Below are positions 55,898 through 64,000 of a DNA stretch of 64,000 nt, piece after piece. The notes beneath the pieces are model-generated. The model was not told where the DNA came from. It was given only the letters and a program-made list of their open reading frames with translations, and did no database searches. Where the stretch lies: the NCBI GenBank assembly GCA_965240325.2, contig OZ251236.1:558001-622000 (forward strand), given 5' to 3'. Position 1 is the stretch's first letter; every line of letters starts with the position of its first letter. Both the position numbers and the translations under genes were made by a program. The stretch is from Rebecca billardiae RCC1528 (lineage: Eukaryota; Protista; Haptophyta).

Positions 55898-58800
55898 TCA
55901 GTGCAGCCGCGTCAGCTCCTCGACTCGCCTGCACAGCTCCTCGTGCTCGATGTCCATCTGCACGCAGATCTCGTCCTGCTTTGGCCTCTTCAGGTCGAGG
56001 AACGCTTCGATCAGGTCGCCGTCGATGAAGTTGGACGCATCCGCCTGCCGCGCCGCGCGTGCCGCGCCGTGCGCGCAGAGCGGGCGTCACGCGAACGCGC
56101 TCGTGGCGCGGCGCTGGCGCTGAGGGGACGGGGCGGGGCCGGTGCGCCGAGCGCGCACGCACCATCTTGCGCTCGTTCTGGAAGGCTCGCCATGTGGAGT
56201 GCTTGAGCCCGCCCACGCCGTGGATGACCTTGCACAGCACGGCTTGCAGCTTGGCCAGGAATGTGTACACCTACGCGGGCCGGTGTGCCGCCGCGCACGC
56301 GCGCGCGTGCGCAGGAGAAGGGTGGCGGGGGGCACGGGGCAGGTGCGGCGGGGATGAGCGTGCGGCGCGCGCGCGCGCGGTTCGTGCGAGGCGGCTGGGC
56401 GCGGCTTGAGCTCAGTGAATCCACAGCCTTGAACGTGCTCATGAGGCGCGGCCGAAGTACTCGACCGCCGCACTCGCAATCTTTCAAGATTTGTTTGTCT
56501 AATCCTCGCTCGGGTGAGGGTCGCGCGCGCGCGCGCGCGCGGAGGAAAAACCGGCGGTGTGCCGGTGGGCTGCGCGCGCGGCCTCACCTCCTCTGGCAGC
56601 TGCGCGATCACGCCGATGACGCCGTTGACCGTGCCGAAGAGCAGCGTGGGCATCGGCGCCGCGTCCGACTCGCTCAGCTGCATCGTGAGCGAGCCCCGCC
56701 GGAAGCGGTTCACGTGCTCGCCGAGGTGGAACTCTCCGGAGACTTCCAGCCGTTGCCGCTCCTCGTCGGTCGTCGCGTCGGCGTTCTTGCGCACGGTGAA
56801 GAGGTTGTACGAGGACTCGGCGCCGATGTACACGTCGTCGTCGAGGGCCTGCAGCGCGGTCATCCAGTTCGAGTTGTAGTCGCGCGCGAGGTCCTCGATC
56901 TCGCCCACCTCCGGCTTGTACACGTGCAGCGACACGCTCTTCATCAGGTCGCCGACGACGATGAAGTCGGCTCTGGTCTCCACAAAGAGCGCGAGGATGT
57001 GGCCGTGGTGCACGCACTCGGTGCGCAGCGAGCCGTGGAGCGCGGTGCCGCTGGGCGCGGCGTCCTCCCAGCAGTACACCTCGATGCGGTTGTTCACGCC
57101 CGCGACCACCTTGCCGCGCAGCTCCGCGAGCGAGTACACCGCGCCCTTGGTCGGCGCCTCTGCGAGCAGCTGCAGCTGGCCGTCGCTCACGCTGAGCACG
57201 AGCAGCCGCCCGGCGGTCGGCTCGGGCTCGTCAGGCAGGATGAAGGCCGTGCCCACGACGAAGCACTCGACGGCGGCGCCAGACTCGGCGGAGCGGAGCG
57301 TGCACGCGAGGACGGACTGCGTCGACTCGAGCTCCTGCAGCGTGTGCGTGTCCACGATCTCGAACGTCGAGTCGTCTATGAGGCGCACGTGGTTCACCTC
57401 CGCGCCCTCGTCCGCGGCGTGCGCGGCCGAGCCGCCCGCCAGCCCGCCGCCGCCGCTCGCCTGCTGCACCGTGCACACGGCGAAGGTGCGCGAGCGTCGG
57501 TCGTGCGCGATCCGCCGCGGGTGCTCGCTCAGCGGCACCGTCTTGATGTGCAGCTTCTGGATGTTGTCGATGTTGCCAATCGTCAGCATCGTCTCGCCCG
57601 CGAGCGCGAGGCACTCTGGGAACGCCGCGGAGTCGAACGGGCACATGTGCGCGGTGTCGCCCGTGTTCACGTTGGCGTAGAGCAGCTTGTGCGCGGAGGA
57701 GGAGATGACGGTGGGCCGGTCCGACGCGGCGAAGACGTGGCGCAGCCCCTTGCACATGAACGGCGTGAGCTGCACCGGCTGCGTGCCCAGCGGCACCTGC
57801 TTTCGCTCGGCGAGCATCGGCGCCGTGCCCGGCGCGCCCGCGGCGAATCGGAACGAGAGCACGTGGCCGTCGCCCATGCCGCAGAAGAGCTGCTCGCCGC
57901 GCTCCAGCGTGGCAAAGAGCAGCGAGCGCGCCATCACCTCGCCGCCGAGCGGCTCGGCGCGCACCTCGACCAGCGAGGGCAGCTCGAGCAGCAGCACGTC
58001 CATCCGCGTCCACAGCCCGACCGCCACGATGCGCGCGCCCGCCGTCTCGACCTCCATCGCGGAGGAGCTGTCGGCGGCGGCGGCGGCGGCGGCGGTGCTG
58101 CCGCCGGCGGCCGCGGCCGACGCGGCGGCGCTCGCGCGGCCGTGCGTCGGCGCCGAGAGCGCGAGGCACGACGCCTCGTGCTCGAGGCTGCTGCGGCACA
58201 CCTCGGCAAAGCCGTGCGCGCCCGTCCGCAGCAGCACGAGCTCTGACGGCGCCGAGAGCGCGAGGACGACGTCCTCCCCGTCCGCCGCGGCGACCGAGAT
58301 GTGCCGGCCGGCGGGCGGGCGCCACTCGCCCACCGCTCGCCGCGCGGTCGCGTCGATCAGCGCCGCGCGGTGCGCGCACACCTGCAGCAGCAGGTCCCCG
58401 AGCATGTTGGCGCACAGCAGCGTCTTCGCGCCCACCTCGAACCCCGGGATCTCGGACTCCTCGAGCTCCTCGCCGGAGAGCGAGAGCACGCGCGTCTCCT
58501 CCATGAACGAGACGATCAGGAAGCAGTCGTGCGGCGCGTCCGACGCCTCGCGCAGCGCCCACAGCCCCTTCACGCCGGGCAGCTCGACGGACGCGTGCTC
58601 GTCGATGCCGATGCCGTTGCGCATGATGCGGAGCGAGCCGTCCTTGAACGCGCCCGAGCAGCAGACGACCTGCCCCTGCCCCTGCCGCTCGAGGTCCACC
58701 ACGCAGAAGTCGATGATCGGCCCGAGGTTGGGCATCGCCTCAAGCACCTCCAGCCCGCCGCCGCCGCCGCCGCCGCCCTCGGCCGAGCCGCCGCCGCCGT

Positions 58801-60073
58801 CCTGCGGCTGAAGCCGGATGAGCTGAGAGTCTCCATACGACGAGCCGACAAAGATGATGCCGTTGTCGAGGTAGCAGATCGCCGAGGGCGAGCTGGTCAC
58901 GCCGAGCGGCTGCAGCACGAGCGAGCTGACCACCGCCGCCGGCGCGCTCGAGCTCGAGCTGCCCCCGCCCGCCGCGGGCTCGGAGACGAGCATCAGGATC
59001 GAGAGCTCGCCGCGGTCGTCGCCGAGCAGCCAGCGACGCCCGTCCTCGTCCACCCGCTCGTACGCGCGCACGAGGGTGGGGCGCATCGGGATCGAGCAGA
59101 ACGTGCTGCCGCTGTGGTACGTGATCGTCTGCTCGCCGATGATCAGCACGCCGCCGAACGGCTGCGGCACGGGCGCGAGGATGGACGCGCCGCCCTCGAC
59201 GTGGTTCTGCGACCACGGCCCGTCGGCCAGGTCCTGCTCCTTGAGCAGCAGCTCGTACGTCTTGACGTTGCGCGCCTCCTTCGGGTCCTGGTACAGCACC
59301 GCGATCGTCGGCTTCGGCATCCCGTACAGGAACGCGATGTCGATCACGTGCAGCTCCTCCAGCCGCAGGTTGAAGGCGTCGCGCAGCGCCGAGCCGCCGC
59401 CGCCGCCCGGCGCGGGGCCGACAGGGATGACCTTGAGGAGGCCGTCGTACAGGCGGAGCGCGATGGCGCGCGAGGCGGGCTCGATGATCGCGATGTGCCC
59501 GAACTCCGCCGCGCGGCCCACCTTGTCGTGCAGGTCGCCGTTCGCGCGCGTGACGATCTCGCCGCTCGAGCTGTCAAACGCGAGCACGCAGAACTGGTAC
59601 TTCTCGGTCGTGAGGAAGAGCATGTCCGTCTGCTCGCCGGCGGGGCGCCAGAGCTTCATCGTCGCGATGCGGCCGTAGATCGGCACGTCGTACACCGGCT
59701 GAAGGCCGTCGTGCGTCACGGTGTGGATCTCGAGCCGCGTGGACTTGCTGCGCGCGGCGCGGTGCGACGGCGCGCCGCGAGCGCGCGCGCAAAGCGCGCG
59801 CGCGGGTGCGGGCGTGCGGGGTTCAGCGCACGCGGTGCGAGGGCGTGGGCCGCACGTGCACGCGCGCGCGCGCGCGCACGCCAGCCCGGCCTGATGGTCG
59901 CGCGCCGTGCACCACAGGCCGCACACGGCGGAGCGCGCGGGCGCGCGGCGCGCGCGCGCCGTGCGCGCGCACGAGATGATCAGGTTGATGTCCGTGGGCG
60001 ACGTCACGTTGCCGACGGCGGCGTGCGTCACGTTCGTCGGCTTGTGCGCCGTCACCACGTAGTGGTAGCTCAT
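55898..60073 (-). CDS. DDB1: DNA damage-binding protein 1
   Basis: MSYHYVVTAHKPT, PIYGRIA, LERQGQGQ..CSGAFKDGSLRI.RNGIGI, IQKLHIKTVPL, VGDLMKS, FIDGDLIE..VEELTRLH*. Introns 59748-59972, 56271-56587 and 56045-56162. Confidence 0.97.
56408..56511 (-). ncRNA. Putative intronic box C/D snoRNA (DDB1 intron 2)
   Basis: Minus strand reads gagc-g-AGGATTA (C-like)...AU hairpin aatct-tgaa-agatt...GC hairpin...ATGAGC (C'-like)...CTGA-gctc. 4-bp terminal stem; oversized 317-bp intron. Confidence 0.5.
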
Positions 60074-60357
60074 CGCCCCTCCACGCGCCGCACGCGAGAT
60101 GTACGGCCTACGCGCCGGCTGGTGGGCTCGCCGCGTCCCCCGGCCCCCGCGGCTCGCGCGCTCGGTAGTCGCGGCGCCTGAGCGACGGGTGCCAGCCGCC
60201 AAGCCAGGCAAGCGCACGGCCGCACGTGTGCAGCCAAGGGAGGCCTCCCTTGGTGCAGCGCCCGCGACGCAAGCGGGAAAACCGCGCGGCAAAAGTGCAA
60301 AACCCTGCTTATTGCCGAATTTAAAAGGCGAAAAGGCGATGATCGTCGCGCTGCAGC

Positions 60358-61410
60358 ATGAGCGGCGAGACGGCGACGAAGGCGCGCTCGAGGGTGTCCT
60401 CGATCTCGCGCGCGGCTCTGACGCTGCTGGCGATCTGCCTGGTCCTCATCATCCTCACACGCCGAGCGCACATTCATCGCGTGACGCCCACTGTGCCGGC
60501 GCAGCCGCCACTATTACTGCGACCGAGCGAAAAGCACCGGGAGGCTTTTCGCGCGTCGGAGGGCCGCGCCGCCGAAGCACAGGCATCGGCCTTGATAGCA
60601 CAGCCGACCCCGACGGAGCAGGACTTCCCGTGTGAGCCGCGCGAGCACGTCGAGCTCTGGGGCCAGGTGATGAGGCCGGGCCTCGGCCCGGGAGCCGTCC
60701 ACGCGCCATCGGTCGCAGACTGCTGCAAGGAGTGCGCACGCACGCGCGGGTGCAACGCTTGGGTCGCGTGCATCGACGCGAACGCGTGCGGGACGCAGTG
60801 CTGGCTCAAGTGGCAGGCGAATCCGACCGACGCCGTGGCGCACGCCACCGGCGCGCACGTGCCCTGGACCTCGGGCGCCATGCGCAAGGACTTCATCGAC
60901 GACTCGCGCGTGTTCGAGCCCGGCGCCGCGCAGCTGCTCGTGCTGACGACGCCGCGCGGCGAGCTCCGCATACGGCTGCGGCCGGAGTGGTCGCAGGGCT
61001 CCGTGCGCTACGCCCGCATCGTCGGGCGCTACGGCCTGTGCACCGTGAAGTGCGTCTTCTACCGCGCAGAGCCGGGCTTCCTCCTGCAGGGCGCGCTGCA
61101 CGCCGCCGCGGTCGCCGCCAACAATGAGACCCTGTACCGCAGCAAGGGCGTGGCGATGGAGCGTGGCGACGTGGCGTGGGCCGGCGGGTTCGCCGGGCCC
61201 GACTTCTTCATCACGCACCGCAGGGTGCCCGGCTTCGGTGGGCAGCACGTCGTCTGGGGATCCCTCGCCGACGACGCCTCGCTCGCGGTGCTCGACAAGC
61301 TGGTCGATCTGCCCGCGCACGCGCCAAAGGGCGGGGGCATGCGCATGATCGACGAGCCCGCGGCATTCGAGGCGCGCGTCGAGGACGGCGCGGGCGGCTC
61401 GGCGGGGTGA
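60358..61410 (+). CDS. Membrane-anchored PAN/apple-like plus cyclophilin-like protein
   Basis: TM segment (ALTLLAICLVLIIL); CCKEC..GCNAWV.C..CWLK..WTSG; then LTTPRGELRIRL..FYRAEPGFLLQG..AWAGG..GPDFFI..HVVWG. Confidence 0.78.
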   Translation: MSGETATKARSRVSSISRAALTLLAICLVLIILTRRAHIHRVTPTVPAQPPLLLRPSEKHREAFRASEGRAAEAQASALIAQPTPTEQDFPCEPREHVELWGQVMRPGLGPGAVHAPSVADCCKECARTRGCNAWVACIDANACGTQCWLKWQANPTDAVAHATGAHVPWTSGAMRKDFIDDSRVFEPGAAQLLVLTTPRGELRIRLRPEWSQGSVRYARIVGRYGLCTVKCVFYRAEPGFLLQGALHAAAVAANNETLYRSKGVAMERGDVAWAGGFAGPDFFITHRRVPGFGGQHVVWGSLADDASLAVLDKLVDLPAHAPKGGGMRMIDEPAAFEARVEDGAGGSAG

Positions 61411-61737
61411 GGAGGCGCGGGCGCGCATACGAGGGCGGCCCGATGACCGGCGCGGGCCGGCGTCCAGTGCGCTGCCGGCGCTGGACGAGGACCGGACCGT
61501 CACTGCGGGCGTCGTCGTCAGGACTCAGGCATCGTACGAACTGCCGTGGAGTCATTAACTGCGCGCGCATCAACGGCGCTGCGGCTGAGACCTGACTCCT
61601 GAGGCTGAGCCGGCGCCCCGGCGGCCCGGGACGCAGCACCGGCCGTCAGGCGGCGCCGTTCCCGGCCCCGGCGCGCTGTGATGATGATCGAGCATCGGCC
61701 CGATCGTCATCGTCGTAGTCGCAGATATATATCTTAA

Positions 61738-63439
61738 GAGATAATGTCAGCTGTATTGCCGTTTTGGAAAGTGTGGTCAGGTGTATTGCCAAACGCACGT
61801 TTTGACTACCGTCGTCAGGTGTATTGCCGTTTTCCATGTTTGGGAATCACGTGTCAATCTTGTTGCCACGTCGAATACTTGTGTCAGGTGTATTGCCGTG
61901 GATGATGGCCCAATACTTTGTCCAGCTGTATTGCCGTCGCGTAGTGTGGGTCAGTTGTGTTGCCGTTTGCGCATCTTTGATTCAGGTTTGTTGCCGCGAT
62001 CGCCCACGCGCTGATGATGGCGCTTGCGCCCACGCGCCGCCGGCGTGCGCGGCGTGCCCTTGAGCAGGCCTAGCTGATCCCAGGCCAGAAGAGTGACGTT
62101 CAACGACGACGATCTCTGCCGGGGTAGCGCCGTGTTTCTCGACATCATCAAGTCGAACGACGAGCTGAACCGTGGACCGGAATCTGCACAAACGCTGCCG
62201 CATGCGCGCGCAGTGCAACACGCGCGTGCACCTCGGGCTACTCGCCGTCTACGCGGAGACGGGCGAGAATCCGTCGCGACTTCTATCGAATCGGCGTTGC
62301 TCCGTGCTCACTTCGACTCCGGGACCGTCAAGCGCGCAGTCGATGACATTGCGACGGCAGCGCATGCAGGTGCATGCGTGAAGCAGGGTGAGCGTGTGTT
62401 GCTGCGCCCCGATTTGCGGGAGTCGAACGTGCACGACGGGCGTGTGCTCTTCAACGGCCTCAAGAAGCTTGACCAACGCGACGCGCGTCTCCCTCACTGC
62501 CTGCCATCGACTGTCATTCACACCGTGGCGATCAACCAACGCGCGTCGCTCTCGCTCGTGCAACACTGCTGGCGCGTGCCTTTTTGCGATTGTCATCACT
62601 CCAACAGCAGACTGCCCTGTGGCCAACCGTGTGCAGGTCGCTGACCGTGCGCCAGTCGCATTCGTCAACGCAGGCTGATTGGCCCGTGGAGGAGGAAGTC
62701 CAAGGCGTACTGCCAGCTGGGACACAACGCACCGACTGGCGGGCGGTGCGCCGCGCGCGCCTCGACGAGCCAGCAAGCAGGAGGGGCAGGCGACGCTTCC
62801 TGCTGCTGCTTGGAACCCGAGTGGCAGGCTTGGCGAGCGCGGTCGCAGCTTGAGGCGGCGCGTGCAGCGGCATGGGACGCGATGCGGCTCACGTGGCCGC
62901 TGAAGTAGCAGCAGTCCCGATGGCGCTGGCGGCCGGCTGGCGGGCGGCAAGCGCGACGGCGACGGGAAGCGCCGACTGCTACTGGAAGTCAAGATGAGCT
63001 ACGCAGGCCGCATGATGATGGCATGTCGGTTGGTTGCAGTTGCGTATCATGCATGCCGCGCGCAGGCAGTCGCAGCTCTGCACGCACGCGCACACGGGCT
63101 GCGCGAGTCTCTTGTCTGAGTGCGAGTCGTGCCCCAGCCACCCGAGCTGCTGGCGGCAATACAACTGACACAGCATAGTTATGGAAAGGGCAATATTTCT
63201 GAGCAGACTATGTTCAAGCTCGAAAACGGCAATATTCTCGAACCAAGTAGTGTGAAAGGGTCATTGGTTTGAAACCAGTATTTGAGGGGCAATATTGTTG
63301 ACACACTATCCAAAAGCGGCAATATTCTTGACCCATACTACTGAAAACGGCAATACAACTGACCACGGTAGTCATAACGTGCTTTTGGCAATACAACTGA
63401 CCACACTATCCAAAGCGGCAATACAACTGACGTCGGCTC
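61738..63439. mobile_element. Mutator-like (MULE) non-autonomous element with 9-bp TSD and subterminal repeats
   Basis: GAG...CTC termini and about 100-bp imperfect TIRs built from TCAG(G/C/T)TGTATTGCC repeats. TSD is atatcttaa (61729-61737) / atatattaa (63440-63448). Internal decayed coding with SWIM-like FCDC..RLPC. Confidence 0.8.
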
Positions 63440-64000
63440 ATATATTAATATATATCGCGTCGATCGATGAACGAACGAATAAAATATTAATAAATTACAG
63501 TGCGCGCTATAGTAGTATGTAAAAATATTTATTTTATATATATATATATATAAACTTATATTATAACTGGTCCGTGGGCCTCGCGCGACGTCGCGCGTGA
63601 CCGTGAGTCCGCGCTCGTCTCGGATTCGTCTCGATCTGTTGATGAAGTCCTTCGTCGGAGCAGTCAGCTCTCACGCATCACCGCCGCGCGGCGGGTCCCA
63701 CGGCTGTCGGAGTCACCGTCACGACAGTCGTAGGCACTGCTAGGTGTAGTCATGCGGCAGCTCTCCGCGGCTTGACGACTTTTTAAAGCCCGCGGCGATA
63801 GATCGGCTGCGCCCACTTGGCTCGGGGAGTGCCGCGCGCGGGTGCGCGTGCGCTGCCTGCATGCTGCGCTAGCGCCCCAAGCACAGCTCAGCCGGTGCCT
63901 GCGCTACCCGCGCCCACCGGCGCCACCACGACGGCCGCCCCGTCGAGCGGCGGGCCGAGCGCGGCCGGCTGCTTGGCGCGCTCCGTGGTGAGCACCTTGA

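Noticed and set aside
61745-61995. Regularly spaced TCAGGTGTATTGCC repeats resembling a CRISPR array
   Set aside because: They are mirrored at 63150-63430 and the spacers are also mirrored, so they are transposon subterminal repeats.

Overview
This is GC-rich eukaryotic nuclear DNA with short GT-AG introns, a GTGCGC donor consensus and GC-dinucleotide tracts. The style suggests a haptophyte-like microalga, but that taxon is inference only. About 19 protein-coding genes are packed mostly as head-to-head pairs. They include a tandemly amplified C-type lectin/extensin-like surface protein, a GAS2-motif coiled-coil protein, a MazG-like NTP pyrophosphatase, an ankyrin-PHD-JmjC protein, two histidine phosphatases, a kinase, an Oxa1/YidC insertase, a stand-alone CaMKII hub protein, RRM and hnRNP F/H-like proteins, a TMEM144-like transporter, RPN6, a DUF6492-like protein, a HET/TIR-like plus tandem cNMP-binding protein, an F-box/RCC1 protein, DDB1 and a PAN-cyclophilin protein. 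AT-richer intergenic islands hold several non-autonomous DNA transposons. Four things stand out. (1) Two copies of a 2.17-kb foldback element with 813-bp inverted arms, each copy carrying its own arm-symmetric variant. (2) Two unannotated box C/D snoRNA-like RNAs with the same layout, in the oversized introns of RPN6 and DDB1. (3) A HET/TIR-like domain fused to cyclic-nucleotide-binding domains. (4) Widespread micro-duplication and footprint-like scars in intergenic DNA. Domain calls come from motif recognition by eye; no database searches were run.
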